The notes: generated by a model not told the origin, from the letters alone. Positions 13,253-27,370 are shown, counted from the stretch's first letter. The stretch: DNA of 64,000 nt from Marsupella aquatica (GCA_973895155.1 OZ316898.1:6993079-7057078), one strand, 5' to 3'. Numbers and translations are program-made.

Positions 13253-13597
13253 TGTTAGATATTGCTCTAGTCTTGTGACTCTTGTGCTAACCACAGTTAG
13301 GCTAACTCGGGTTAGGACCTAGCTAAGGTTAGCGGTAGTGCTGTTGAGCATATAGGCCAGGGCTGATGCCCGACCCTGGTGGAACAAAGGCTCATTGTTA
13401 CGGAGCTAGTTGAGAGATAGGGAGAGCTTGTGCTGTGGATGCTTGGTATGGCCGGTCGGCCTAGAGTGCAGTAAAGCTCTTGTGTGTTCCCGTGGACGTA
13501 GCCTCATGTGGAGGTGAACCACGTATCTTTCTGTGTCGACTCTTGTGCGTTGGATGGTTCATAGGCTTGCCGTTACGAATGTCATCTATGCTCAACA
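13253..13597 (+). repeat. 3' LTR of copia copy 1
   Basis: Follows the PPT; ends CTCAACA followed by TSD TCTTT. Confidence 0.97.
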
Positions 13598-14375
13598 TCT
13601 TTCTCTCCACATCTTTTTTCATCTTGACATCTTTTATTACCTCAACATGTACTTATGCCATGTACTACATCCCATTCTACCAGTACTCTTTTTAGTGTGA
13701 AAAAAAAACAGTGGAGCAAAATGGAGGGGAATGTGAAAAAGTATTGGACTCCCTTTTAAATGACTGGTGGGGGTTTAAATAACTCAGGAACGAAACACAC
13801 TGTTTACATGACTCAGAAACATACCGTTTCCGTGACTCTGCCTAAAACCCGCTCCATCATTTCGCAAGAACAGAGCTCAGATGCGTGCATTTTCTCGTGC
13901 CCTCGCTCGCTCGCTCGTCCTCACGGCTTCTAAAATCCTCTATAACATTTCGCCCATGTGGCCCCTGAAATGACAACAATGGCGGGGTACTGTGCAGTAG
14001 AGCGCAGGTCCAGGAGTGTGCTTCCTACAGCACTGCTCCATGAATTGATGTGGAAGGGGCAGGGCGTTCGTCCGTCCGAGAGCCAAGCTTGAGTACCATC
14101 ATCCGAAGAACATGGCATTTTGCTGATCCTGTCGAGAGGGAAGGCCGTTCTTTCGTCTGGTAGCAGAGCCATCATTGTAAGGACACAGCATTTTTCAATT
14201 TTTCAATTTCTGTTTTGCAGTCCCTGGAAATCGACGTCACGGAATCGTTACGGCATCTATCTGCACGCCATTCCTGTTCATTGTCGCCCCACGATTCTGT
14301 GGAATCTGTGGCCTTGTCTCCGTCGAACCTCCGCTTTGCTTCGGAGTCGGCCAGTCGGGACTCTCGGAAACAAGT

Positions 14376-14541
14376 GTCAGCGCACAATTGTCCAGGGCAA
14401 GCGGAGGACGAGTACGAGGTTTTTCGAATGAGAAGGTTTTGTTTCTTTAGTGATGGTCAGCGCACAATTGGCCTGGGAAAGCCGAGGACGAGAACGAGCT
14501 TTTTTCAGTGAGAAGGTTTTCTTTCTTTAGTGATGGTCAGC
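14376..14541. repeat. 80-bp tandem duplication upstream of the SCPL gene
   Basis: gtcagcgcacaattg...gaggacgag...tgagaaggtttt.tttctttagtgatg starts at 14376 and 14456; a partial third copy starts at 14536. Confidence 0.85.
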
Positions 14542-14918
14542 TTCCCTTACGAAGCTTGGAATAAGTGTAATCGTAAGATTTTCTAAACGGAGGAAGCAAG
14601 CAAGATCTGTACGAGAAGACAATGCATGTAATCATCCCCGTTGTGTAACAGTAACAGATGACATTTATCCGAGAAGAGGACGAGGACAAGTTTCCTTTTA
14701 TTGCATGTTGAATGAGTTCGCAGGCAAAGAATGCGTGCGAGTTGAAAGTGTCCGTCCATCGTTCTCGCTTGACACAGTTCTTTTTGGCCGACAGGAGCTC
14801 TGATGTGATGCCGAGAAGCTTGCTTTAAAAGAGGCAGAACAAACGTCGATCAAGAATTGCATCGAGATCGTGTGATACTATTGACAGCTGGAACACACAC
14901 GGTTTCTCCATACAAAGA

Positions 14919-17900
14919 ATGGAAAGCGGTGGTGCGATGAGAATGTCCCGCATATGGTGGATGCTCTTATCATCAGCGGCCCTTCAGCAGATGGTGCTAA
15001 TCGTGTTGGGAGCGCCTGAGAGTGCTCGGATTACGTCGTTGCCGGGGTTCGCAGGAGATACACCTTTCCCGTCTGCACACTATGGCGGGTTGGCTCCTCG
15101 TCATCTTTGTTCTTCTTTTTCACTGCTTCTGCAGCTCTCGAGTGTGACAATGCACACTCAGAATTACAGTGGCTAAACCACTCAGATCTTTCTTATAGTT
15201 GTACTGAGATCGAATCAATGACTGATTTCTCCTTCAAGGGGAAGATTGTGACTTTCGATCTTGCTCCTACTCGTAGATGACATTTCTATCAAAAATCTTG
15301 GAGAAAGGCAGCAAGCTACTCTACTGGACTGAACCTGACTGTTACAATGTCTTTCGGTCGACTAAGTTTTCTCCCGTGTGCCGTCACATTCTGAGCTAGC
15401 AAGCGTTAGTTGTTCAGAACGCAGGAAAGTACGAGTCAGGTCATCCTATGGAAATGGAAGAGACACATATTTGTCTTTGTAATCCTGAATGCTATTGGCT
15501 AACGAATCCGACGGTAGAGATGCAAACATCATGCCTGAAAGCTATGAAAAAGGCCGCAGAGCGATTGAAGGACCCTCATTAGCTCCTGAGGCCGGCAGCC
15601 CTGCCCTCCAGAAGCTGGTGGGACAAACCCCGCCAAGATCGATAGATGATCGTGATCAGTCTCACATGTTTGATCGAATGCCTTTGCAGCTGCTCTAGGG
15701 TGGTTACTTCTAGACATAATGATGTTGAGTAGTCCACCTAATTGGCAATGTTCGGGGTTGGCAGATACATAACTGTAAACGAGGCGACTGGAAAGCAGAT
15801 GTATTATTATTTCGTCACTGCTGAAAGTACAACTGCAGCCACTGATCCAATTGTTCTTTGGCTCAATGGAGGGCCTGGCTGCTCCAGCTTCGATGGCTTC
15901 ATTTACGAACATGGTATGTCCGTGCTTCTTTGAACTCGATTTTCTTTTCTCCAGCATATTTCTGCATATTTAGAACCACCTCCTGAGGCTTCTAAGTTTT
16001 CATCTAGGCAAGAAGGGAAGACACCATCGCTGCTGTGATTATAAATTGAAGATTAATAAAATGAAATTACCTGTTTGTGTGTTGATTCCGTGCTGAAGGT
16101 CCGTTTAATTTTGAGCTTTCTGATGCTACTTCGGGTCTACCGAAGCTCTCACTCAACCCCTATTCTTGGTCAAAGGTAAATGCCTAAGGCCATTTAACTC
16201 TCATTACTACCAGATATCTTGTCTCCGCTTTCAGTCTACGAGGACTGTTGTACCCCTCAGAATGTCTGCCTGTTAGAAGGCAATGAAGTACAATCTTGCT
16301 GAATGTGCAGTGTTTAGATCTAAAACTATGCTGATTGCGCTGATTGATAGTATGGGAAGGCTTATTTGGTCAGACATGTTACGTTTGTCTGCCTAACGTA
16401 ATTTTTGTTTTTGTCTGTACTCCTTACATCTTGTCTCAGCTCATTATTTGTAAGTCATGACGATCAATTCCGAATGGGTTTGATGGCAGACGCAACTGAT
16501 TGCCAAGCTACATCATTATAGCAAATTTCAGTTTATTTTAAATGCCACACCAATAAAACAATCTTCTTATCAAATTAAAGACATGAAAGTTCAGTCTGTC
16601 AATTTGAGTCGCGTAAGTACGGGAGATCTCTTCAATTTCGTGGTTGTCCCAAGTCCAAGCTTCTGGCCCTCAGCCCTCCGGAACGCAAACATGGAAGACA
16701 CGATGTCCTACTTCGATTTAGAATACTCATGGGTGCTTTCTGTGGTTGTGTCAGGTTGCAAACATCATCTATTTGGATTCTCCAGCGGGTGTTGGATTTT
16801 CATTCTCAAAAAATAAGAGTGACTATCTGACTGGCGACTTGAAGACTGAGGCAGATTCATACATTTTCCTTCAAAAAGTAAGTGTTAATGCGCATATCCA
16901 CGGGTCTGTGACACACCGGTAATCTAGGAAGTTGGCGTAGGATGCTGGACGGAATTATTTTGTTGCTGACTTGTTCAGTAGGTCGCCCATCGTGAAAAGT
17001 GTGAAAGTACTAACACTGTCTTACTATTTGATGCAGTGGTTTGCAGAATATCCAGAGTACTTGTCCAATCCTTTTTACATTACCGGTGAATCTTATGGTG
17101 GAATTTATGTTCCAACCCTGAGTAGATCAGTTGCCAACGGTAAGTTGATGGGGTCATAAACTTTATATTGCCCAGATTCATTCAATTCCGTTCACTTGTC
17201 ATCATATTGCTAAGTTTGCAAGTTGCTTTGGTCAGAAGTCTGTTCTAATCCAGAGGTTTCATCTCTTGCAGGTATCGCTGCTGGACATACACCCAAACTG
17301 AATTTTAAGGTTTTGGACCACTGTACCCGTTCGAAAATCTGCAACCATTCCTAATATAGCGTTAAATGTTTCGTCACTTCTGACAGAGATCTAAAATATC
17401 GTCTGCTTTATGTTCTGCCGTCTGGTTTATGATTGTCTAAAAGTAAACTTTGTCGCTGCAGGGCTATGCGGTAGGAAATGGGTGCACCGATGACGAATTT
17501 GATGGAAATGCGATTATTCCCTTTGTTTTCGGCATGGGCCTTATTCCTTTTGATCTCTTCAAGGTATTGTCATTTGCTCTGCCAGGACTCTGTATTCTGT
17601 TTGTCACGGTAACAAAGTATGATACTAGCAACCTGTCGATACTGAGATGCACAACTCTAGTGTAGCACGTGATCCTGATTTTTTCCGTCATTTTTTATTT
17701 GTGATAGAAACATTTTTTCTAATACAGTATGGAAAATCTATTGCAGAGGGCCCAAACAGCTTGCCATGGCAACTACTGGAATGATACATCTCCAGACTGC
17801 ATCGATGCGCAGAATCAAATTTACGATGTATAACTAATAGAACTTTGTCCCTTTTCCAATATGTCTACGTTTCTAAGTTCTGATACGAATGCTCTCTGGA

Positions 17901-19649
17901 GTTCCAGCTGTTCCCGTCATGTGACTACAAGAAATTTGTCGTTCATGGTATATCAGGAAATCATCAATCATATTTATTTGTAATGCTTTGGTGTGTTGCA
18001 GGATGTTGCTGATATAAACATTTATGATATTCTTGAACCTTGCTATCATAGCTCTGGGAGTTCTGATGTTTCACACAGTTCATCCAGGCTTCCTATGAGC
18101 TTCCGAAAGTTGGGTGAGAGAAAGGGTCCAATGCCTGTCCGGAAGAGAATGTTTGGTCGTGCCTTTCCTCTGCGGTTGGCTGTTAAACCAGGCCGTGTGC
18201 CCACGTGGAATGAACTACAGGACAACGTTGAAGTTCCTTGCACGGTAAGCTACTTTCATTCAGACTTTCATTATATTCTCCTATGAATTGTCAGGGCTTT
18301 TCAATTTCTATGTTACTTGGATCATGGCAGTCTACTCAGAATTGTTTCTGGGCGCTTGAATTGATTCCGAGGTACGGCAGGACTTGACATGTACGGTACT
18401 TACTAAAATTCTTAAAGGTTGTAGAGAAAGTTTGCAACCCAATATTTTCTTAAAGAAAAACATCGTTGAGGTGCATGTTCCAGAGTTGATCGTCATTCCT
18501 CTGTTGGATGGGTCAGCTTTTCGTTTTCAAGGCAAGAAAAAAAACATCGTTGTTAATCTACAGGAGTTTACTGGGACAACAATTTATCTTTCAAGGCTAC
18601 CTTTTTGCATTTGGGATCTCTCATTGACCAGGGCTTGTACTGTAGGATGATGATGTTGCTACCCGATGGCTGAACACCCCATCAGTCAGGGAGGCTCTTC
18701 ATGCAGCACCTGTACGGAACGTTCAACCCTTTACGCAATGAGAGTAACTTTAATCCTGTTTTTAATTCCTTCCAGATATCCTTGTATCGATTATATTGTT
18801 GTAAGAAATAGAGCGGAGTCTGATCAGATGTCGAACTCAGGTTTGACTTGGTACGCTGTCTTGCAGGTTCAGGACATCGGAGAATGGCAGCTTTGTACCG
18901 ATCAAATCATCTTCTATCATGATGCTGGTAGCATGATCCCTATTCACTATGAGCTTACAAAGAAGGGTTATAAAGCCCTGATTTACAGGTATTGGGCTTG
19001 AAGGAAACGCTCTGCCATATATTTCCCACATTGAAGGTCGATGTTAGGTATTTTCAGTGTAAACGGGCTTGATTCCTTCTGCTTTTGGAGCCACTTAAAA
19101 TGTGGTACATCGACTGTCACGTCGATTGGTCTTGGCCGTTTTTTCTGATCTTCTGAGTGTGACTGCAGTGGAGATCATGATATGTGTGTACCATACACTG
19201 GATCTGAAGCATGGACAAGCGCCATGGGGTACAAAATTGTAGATCAATGGCGACCATGGTTTGTGGGTCGCCAAGTTGCAGGGTGCGTTCCATCTTTTCT
19301 TTTGTCCTGCTGAACTGTTTTCTTTTTTCCATTGGGTTTATCCATTTGTAGCTTGCTTGTGTACGGTGAGTTACTTTAGGCTAATTGGGTATTCTTGGGT
19401 CATCATTTCCAGATTCACCCAAGGATATGCAAACAAGCTCACATTTGCCACCATTAAGGTAAGGCCTCACATGAACATTGCATGCATGTCCATTACATTT
19501 GTATCTTGAAATCACGCACACGTCCAGAAAAGGCTTTGAATTTGATTGTTTTATGTGGTGTGTAGGGATCTGGTCACACTGTACCTGAGTACAAACCAGA
19601 AGAGGCATTGGCTTTCTTCACGAGGTGGCTTTCAGATGAAGCATTGTAG
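14919..19649 (+). CDS. SCPL20: Serine carboxypeptidase-like protein (peptidase S10, SCPL20-like), 14 exons
   Basis: Exons 14919-15088, 15765-15913, 16099-16175, 16755-16877, 17037-17139, 17272-17309, 17462-17563, 17747-17827, 18002-18244, 18646-18711, 18867-18988, 19169-19282, 19413-19458 and 19566-19649; all GT-AG and in phase. Signal-peptide-like N-terminus, [20 protein letters not shown], and catalytic motifs GESYGG, SGDHD and [11 protein letters not shown]. Confidence 0.95.
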
Positions 19650-20486
19650 TATCTTATTTATGAATGACAGTCTTTTTTTGAAAACTAGCTCAGTTCTTTC
19701 CTAGTTTAGGACATAGTACAATGTTTCGGTTGGCGAGAGCAACAAAAGTTAGTTAAATTCAACTCTTGTGAAAGTCAGTAACTCTGGCCTAACCATGTAA
19801 TCCTTCCCCAACCTTTCATCATCTTACTTTTATCTCATGTGAAGGGTAAGATAAATGTCTCTTGTGAAGGGTATAGATATAAGTAAGATAAATGTTAAAA
19901 TTATATATTTTTTAATAATTGTTCTGACAATTCCAAAAATCTAAGGTCTATTCACAAGTCAATGAAAATCCATCTTTATATTCGACTAAAAAGATTCGAC
20001 TATACAAATTGTATCACTGACAAGGCCAACAAAAGGCAGCTAATTTTCACCACTAATTTTCACAATTTTTCCAGATATACTGAAAAGAGTCAAAGTGATG
20101 TTCGCTAATATTGTCATTTGTTCTCCTATACCCATCTTTGTAGACTACACTAATTGTGCATGAATGTATGAAATGGTCTTTCAATCCTTTAAAGAATTGC
20201 CCAATTAAATAATAATCAGGCAGCGTCAAAATTGACCACAATTTCCTTCCATTATCTATTCGCAGAAAGAGCACCCCTGAAAGTCACCTTCACAAATCGT
20301 TGTGATACGAGCCTCAAATGTTGTGGCCACCCAAAAAACTAGGCAACACGATTATTGCAGCAATGTGCTTGAGCAACCAGCATAAAATGGCAAATTGAAA
20401 ATCGGAAGTTACCAAACCTTCCTATGCTACAGAAAATATGAAGAATCTCCAGAATCTGAGAGGAACACAGCAACAAGCATTTCATG

Positions 20487-23400
20487 TCAAACCCAGGCTA
20501 GAACTACGCCAAAACCTTGCTCAATGAACAATCTAGCAGTGAATAGCACTACCAAGCCCATTTGCATGTGCTGTGAAGCAATCAGACTCTTATATCTACT
20601 GAGTCTGCCCTTAAGATCTCCGGAAGCTGACACAGGAAAGGTGGCACGTCCAGCACTTATGTCACTGACGAAGTGACTTGGTCCTGATGGTCCACACATA
20701 CCTTCGCAAGTTACACCTTTGGGTGCTCCTCGCTCTTTTTGGTAACCAAAATTTGCACCCCTGGAAATTGCACCGGAGGCGTCTGCACTAACCAAGGGCC
20801 ACCAAAGCTGGCGTCTGCGCTCTCGCTGTACTCTTCTCCACCTCCTCATCTCCTGCCTCAAAACGCCGTTGATTGCATTCGAATAATTTTTCGGGTCGTG
20901 ATTTTTCGCTATGGTTCCTTCCGGTCCATAGGCACCGGGATCGCTTATAATTTCAAGTGGATGTGGCTGATTGAGGAAAGCCCTCTGAGCAGCTCGCACT
21001 TGAACTGCTCTAGAAGGTACCACTTCATCGTCACAGGTCGACACAGGAGGGTCGTTATGACTTTGATGCCGAACCAGGTAGAGTCCAGTACCAGATGGAA
21101 GTAATGGATGGGGTGAGGCTTCCTGATGATCGGGCTGCAAAATCATCAACTGGCCCATTGGTGCATATAACAGTCTCTGTCGGCAAGCAACGGTGACGTC
21201 AATAAATTTCTGAGCGATGTTGCAAATTGCATCAATTAAATTACTCGAGGCAGTTGACAGATTTAGACCACCATAGTTACAGAAAGTGCAACTCAAATAT
21301 CTCAAATATCTCACCTGCCGTGTGAGACAAGTATGGTCACGAAAAGTTCCGTTCAATCGCTTGAGAACCTCGGCGACGTGGTCGGGATAGTTGCAAGCAA
21401 AGCTTCTTGGAACAATGTCGCGGTGCATGACGACGTATTGTACATGCGTGGGAGGTAGGCCCAACATTTTCAACAGATAGTCTCCACCACACATAATGTA
21501 AGGTGCACCAAATGTATATACAGGAAGTAGGCTATCCGATTCCACCACGCCGCGTATATTCAACATAAGGGTGAGCAGCATGGCAAGACTGCCTCCCAAA
21601 GAATGACCAGTAAATCGAAATTTCGCACGTTCACCGTATCTTTTCTGGTGCTCGACGACATATGGAAGAATCTGCTCGTACAATCCTATTGCAGCTTCAT
21701 ATATACCCCGATGCACCATGACTCCCAGATCGGAGCGCTGAACCAGAACAGCCAGAATTTCCCAGGGTCAGACCGCATACTCTCAAAACCGATCATACAA
21801 GAATACATGTCCACATCTTCGACGCTCCTTCTACAAAGAGAATTCTGAAATAGGTGTCAGCAACAGGAAATGTATAGTACCTCAAATTGAATTGGTTCGA
21901 ACAAAAGATTGGCTTGCCACGACGAGAAAGAATCGGACCCCTGCAAGTGCATTCAGACGCGAGGGTCACATGCAGTACAGAGAAACACAGAAACATGCCG
22001 CCCTACAGAGTGCCTATGGCCTCTATTAGCAAACTACATTAACGCTGCAATTGAGCAACAACAGTGCCGGAACCCTAAACTTCAAGGACAGAAATCTTCC
22101 GCCAAAGCCACTATAATCACATCATCGCTTGCTCTGCAAATGCACATTTGGGCAGGAATTCTGAGGACAGACAGGTAAAGCAGATAATGCATACCTGAAT
22201 CGAAAAGAAACGCGTATAGCCACCCTTTTCATCACAGGAAAACCAATCGCAAGGACATGTATGGAGCGAACGGAGATTGTTCGCCACTTCTTGCTTAGTA
22301 TCCTTCTCTGCAGAAACGACGGACGTAACTGGACGCATGAAAGCAGGCATCTCCTGTGACGACAGGTCAAATTCGCCCCCGTCCCGAGAATCATTCGATC
22401 CAAAATACGTAGCCATAGAGTCGGCGGGTAACGGATTCGTCATTTCTTTCAATTCTGACTCGTCTGACTTGAGACCATTTGCGGCGGCCTCATCTCCAGA
22501 CGGGACTAATGAATCGTTTTTCTGTGATCGTAAAAATGAAGCAGCGGCAGCTGCCAATGCATATGCAGTATCAGGGCTTAGGTACGATGCCTGCTTGGAT
22601 TGACTTCCAGCTTCCTTCCGATCTTGTTGACTTTTCGCTGCGGCAGCTGCTTTTTCTTGGGCAAGGACTTCAGCTTCCTCTTTCGCACGGGCTTCTGCTT
22701 TTATATCAACGGATGACGTGACGAACACCATACGATGGTATCTGGCGAGCTCACCTGCCTACTCATGCCAACAGGACAAAGGAAACAGAGGCATTGAGAA
22801 ATCCGTGGCCATAATCTAAATTGCACACATGCCACTCATATGCCCACAACTCCCGAACTTGGCCAACACATTCACTAGAACAACCTAGAGAGATGGCCTT
22901 TGCCAGCAGCACAGATTTGACCGATAGACGTAATTAAGCGCAGATCGGTGGTACTCCAATTACATTGAGCGTCAAAATTCGATGAGAAACTGATAATTTT
23001 CTCTACTGGATTGAAATTCACGCGAAGCTCGCTGTTCAGTATACGGGAAAAATACGTGGTCCTTCCAACTTAATGACGCTTCACTCTCAACATAATTATG
23101 CAACATCTGGGAGAAGAGGACAGGTTGAAAAGAACTGCACATTAGAATTTCGACAGTTGGAGAGTGGAACAGAATCCGTGGATGCACCGTACCTTAATTT
23201 CCGGTATCAAGTACGCCAAGTTGCTCAAAAAGGAGGTCTGCGCAATAATTTTCAGCTCCGTCAGAGGGACTTCCGATAGAAACTTGGAAAATGACTCTAA
23301 ATCGTGATTCACATCAACGTGTGGCACTTCCAGGGTCGCGAGGGGACTGGCTGTAGGATTCACGACAGACATATCGCTTTCTGCGGCACACCCGACACAC

Positions 23401-24227
23401 TTTCCTGCGCACGCAGAGCTGGCACCAGATTGCTCCAAACTTTCAACTCCACGATCAACTTGAATCGAACGAATCGGATCTTCGGGATTAGTAGAGATTG
23501 AAGTCATCGATTCGTCAGCTTTCTCGAACGTCTCCGGAGAAGGAACACGCACTTCCATCCGTGGACTCTTCTTCAAAAACCTGCCGTTGAGAATGTTTTG
23601 AAACCATCTCTTGCTAACATTCCCATCCTCCAACCTGCTTGGTAACTCCTCAGATCCTTCGCTTTCACGTGAATCTGACCCGCCTTTTTCGGAAGACTCG
23701 ATGAGATCTGGCCTTGACTCTTCCAGGTCCCGATAGACAACACCGCAATCTCTGTCATCCCTGTCCTGTACTCTCGGTCGACCGACGTCCTTCTCTCGAT
23801 ACTCTTCGACATAATCAGCAATCTCCGTGATTTTGATCCTGATCCTCGAGTCTTTTCCTCCTACGCCGCTACCGCTGCTAGTACTATTACCACTGCTAGT
23901 ACTATTACTGGAAGGTTCATCTGCTCCCTTTAGAGTATTGCTATCAGGAAACCACAGAAATCTCAGCGGCGCCGGGACCAGATTCTTTGCTGACGAAAAC
24001 GGCAAAGGAGCAAACGCAAAACTCCTGCCATTGTTCGCACTCGTAGCAGCAGCAGCAGTCGCCGCAGCTGGACTTTTCTCGGCCAATCTCGCCTTCTCAA
24101 AACTCCCCTTGCTGCTGCTGCTGCTCTTCTTCTCCTTCTCCTGTGTTCCCGATGCACCTCCAGCCTCTCCCCGTATCGTTCCGTACGAGATCACCACATT
24201 GCTCGCCCTCCACATCAACGCTTCCAT
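20487..24227 (-). CDS. PLIP: Class-3 lipase / phospholipase A1, PLIP-like, 5 exons
   Basis: Exons 24227-23193, 22758-22195, 21940-21881, 21737-21315 and 21176-20487. Motifs [46 protein letters not shown], lipase box [30 protein letters not shown] and RRQLWWP. Confidence 0.93.
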
Positions 24228-24648
24228 CTCCACACACACTCCACGGGAATCTCAACAAACGAACGGGATCATGAAAGAAACACCGGACGAAATGAAATCC
24301 CCCAAATCTTCGCGCAAAATTTGCCCTCACGTCTCGTTAAATACTACGCCGACACTAATACAAGCCCCTTCCTTCCACCGAATATCTGCCTCCAAAACCG
24401 AAGTCCTACTCTATTCGAGAAGCCCGCGAAGAAACGTCCTCCGCATTCATTCACTGAGACATCCCGAATAGAGAACGACAGACGGAGAAAGAACTCCGCA
24501 AACGAACGAAGAGAAGCACAAATTGTACAAATCAATGCCGACGAAAAGCACGCGGCGATCGAAGGGACAGAACAGAAGACACGAGACGACGAGACGGGAC
24601 GGAACCTACAGTCCGAGGCTGAGGGCCAACGAGTCTTCTGGAGAGCAG

Positions 24649-24766
24649 AGCGTGGCCCTGGCTCTCTTTGTCATTTTAAGGGTGCACGCCAAGGAAAACT
24701 TTCCAGATATTCTGACGTGTCGTATCGAGGCTGGCTTGGATTGCATTAGCGTGGCTCTGACGTGGC
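24649..24766. promoter_or_regulatory. ABRE/CE3-like cluster upstream of PLIP
   Basis: ACGTGTC 24715-24721, ACGTGGC 24760-24766 and GCGTGGC at ~24650 and ~24749, 420-540 bp upstream of the ATG. Confidence 0.5.
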
Positions 24767-25518
24767 CCCGCGGACGGCTGAACCCGAGCCAACCGTTAAT
24801 TTCAAGCGCAGTCACCGTCGGGAACTCGCTCACCGCCGTCATTGCCGTTACCGCCTCCGGGAGTCCGCCGTGGAGGGTCCACGAACGACCAGTACCGTCC
24901 ACCGGTGGCAGTTACTCAGATGCTACGGTTCCTACTTCCCGCATATGTCTTGGTTCATCTCAGCCGTCTATCTATTTCATGCACGGCTAGCCTTAGTGAC
25001 AGGAAGATTCTATTCTACGCCAATCACGCTCCGGTGCTGTGCAGCAGTCAGAGGTAGGAGACAAGGAGGATGCGGCCTGATCGTGAGACCTGCGTCGTCG
25101 ATCTTGGAGGTGAATCTACAGACACTGATCTCAATGTGACTCCAACTGAAAGAAACTGTCCAGTGCGAAGAAAAAGTGCACTGGTTGGTAGAAATGGGAG
25201 GCTCGTAAATCTTCGAAGTACATGAATTTTTTTAAGCTTTGATATTCTAAAATGTGAGGCTGATTTTTGTTCGTGCCTGCATTAAAAGTGTACTCCGTCC
25301 TGTTCATAATATTTTGGAATGTGAGGCTGCTCGCTCTTCTTGTCTGCATCAAACAATACTCCGTACTCGAAGGCTGCCTCTTGTCATAATAATAAAAAAT
25401 ACTCATGGTACTCCGGTTCCCATCTGTCCTCCTGTTTGTAACGTTAGAGTCTGTTCTTGTTTCGTAGTACAGTAGTTCATTGGTCCTCTCTGGAATTCTT
25501 ATTTTGGTACTTTTCAAA

Positions 25519-25578
25519 AATGAAATTTTAATGAAATTTTAATGAAATTTTAATTTTAATCTAATTTTAATGAAATTT
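25519..25578. repeat. 11-bp AT-rich tandem repeat (AATGAAATTTT)n
   Basis: Three consecutive copies plus one downstream copy. Confidence 0.85.
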
Positions 25579-26891
25579 CCAACCAATGTCAAAGAACGAA
25601 AACGACATAGTTTTGACAAGATATTTTACTTGCTGGTGGACCTCCTTATAATATTGTCTCCCTGTATTATGTATCATCTCGATGCTATAACACAATCCCA
25701 AAAATAAACAACCATCAAACCAGGAGACGAGGATGTCAAAGGCAATAAAGCGGGTTGGGGGGGGGGGGGCAAGAAGACAAAAAGACTCTTAATTTTTTTA
25801 ATCTTGCTATCCAAAAGTTCTCCATTCCCATTGCATTTAGATCTAAATAGAGTGCTTGAATGCTTTTTAGCAAACGGAGTTTTTGTCAAAGGTGAAAGAT
25901 TCTATCTCATCGTGATGCATGAGGTAGAAATGATATATGGAAATCTCAAAACTTCCTGTTTTAAGTTCTCCTACTTTTGCCTCCTAAGGTTATAGTTTTT
26001 ATTGTCATTATCTAAGGCAAGTGAATATCTTATGTACCTCTTATGTGCAGAACTTTTGATTGATTTGAGTGTTATTGAGAGCAAATGAGAATTGTACCTA
26101 ATGTGCACATCTTTTCTAGACTTGTGCACTTGTACTTTTACTGTTCGTTATATGAAATATACTTTCTTTTGGCATGTGTTGTGCTTTTACTCTTGTGCTT
26201 TATAATCAATGTTATCAAATACAATGCAATTCTCATGTACACATCAGTACAAAGACAAAATATGAAACATGTTCCAGGATGAACATGTTATAATTGGCAT
26301 GCATGATCCAAGGGCCAAAAACACTACAATAAAGAAGGAAACAAAGGAGTATCCCGGAAGCCACAGGGCCAAAAAGCCAGAAGGTCAAAGAACAAAGAAC
26401 TACATAGTTTGGATGGGAGATATATATTTAGCAGAGCCCCAGAAGTAGGTCTCCTCATGATGCACCAAAACTTTCAATTTCTCTCCAATTGGACCTTTGG
26501 GTCCACCAGATGTACTATTTACGGACCCCCATTAGGGGTCTCTTGCAAATTCTCTGCCATGAGGTTGCACCACATCATCACAACTAGCCACAAACAGGAA
26601 TGATCCTACTTTTAACAATAACAAATGTGCACATTCCTGTTTGTGGCGAAAGCAACGTAATTTTGGGGGCGCCATGCCGTAAATATTAAACGTAAAAAAA
26701 ACAAAAATACAAAGGAAGAGATGTCATTTAGTAAAACAAAGTTACCATTTTGATGTTTGTCAAAGATATATCAGTGTTTTATATTAAAATGCTTGTATTT
26801 TTTAATTGTTTGCAAGTTTGAAAAAATCAATCGATAGAAATGCACATAATTAAAACCCATTTGGCTTCACATTGTAAAACTAAATAATAAA

Positions 26892-27370
26892 TCTCCTTAG
26901 TACTTGATAAAATTTGCCAATGTTTGATTCATTGGAAAATTCAAGATCAAGATTTAGAAACTCGTGATCTCTTTAGTAATGTCTTGATAAAATCTCTCAA
27001 TGTCACTCATTGGAAAGCTAGAGTAAAATTAAAAACTCATCATCTCTTTAGTACTCGACAAAATCTATCAATGTTAGGTTCATTGGAAAGCTAGAGAAAT
27101 TTAGATACTCGTGATCTCTCTATTTCTTGACAAATAATCTCAATGTCACACATTAGAAAGCTAAAAAGATTGAAAACCTCTTGATCTCTTGAGTACCATG
27201 ACAAAATCTGACATAAAATTTGTAAATGTCAGGCTCAATGTTAGAAAGCTAAAAGAATTCATGAACTCATAATCAAAATTTCTTATACTAACAATCATTG
27301 GAAAGGCAAAGATATTCAAAAACCCATATGGAACTTGACAGATTTGTCAATTTGAGGCTCATTGGAAACC
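26892..27370 (+). pseudogene. Decayed leucine-rich-repeat coding array (~72-bp period)
   Basis: catt(g/a)gaaa recurs at ~26930, 27008, 27081, 27151, 27296 and 27360. Units read as IGKLEKFRY.DLS and IRKLKRLKT.DL after small indels, matching the 24-aa plant LRR consensus (SIGKLxxLxxLDLS). Confidence 0.55.

Larger units (their letters stand above)
6888..13597 (+). mobile_element. Full-length Ty1/copia LTR retrotransposon, copy 1 (defective)
   Basis: 345-bp LTRs 6888-7232 and 13253-13597 (TG...CA, 6 mismatches by eye). TSD TCTTT (6883-6887 / 13598-13602). PBS TGGTATCAGAGC, PPT AAGGGGGAG 13242-13250. Domain order gag-PR-IN-RT-RH. Confidence 0.98.

Noticed and set aside
14376-14541. Hammerhead ribozyme or retrozyme in the 80-bp repeat
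   Set aside because: The CUGANGA...GAAA core is absent.
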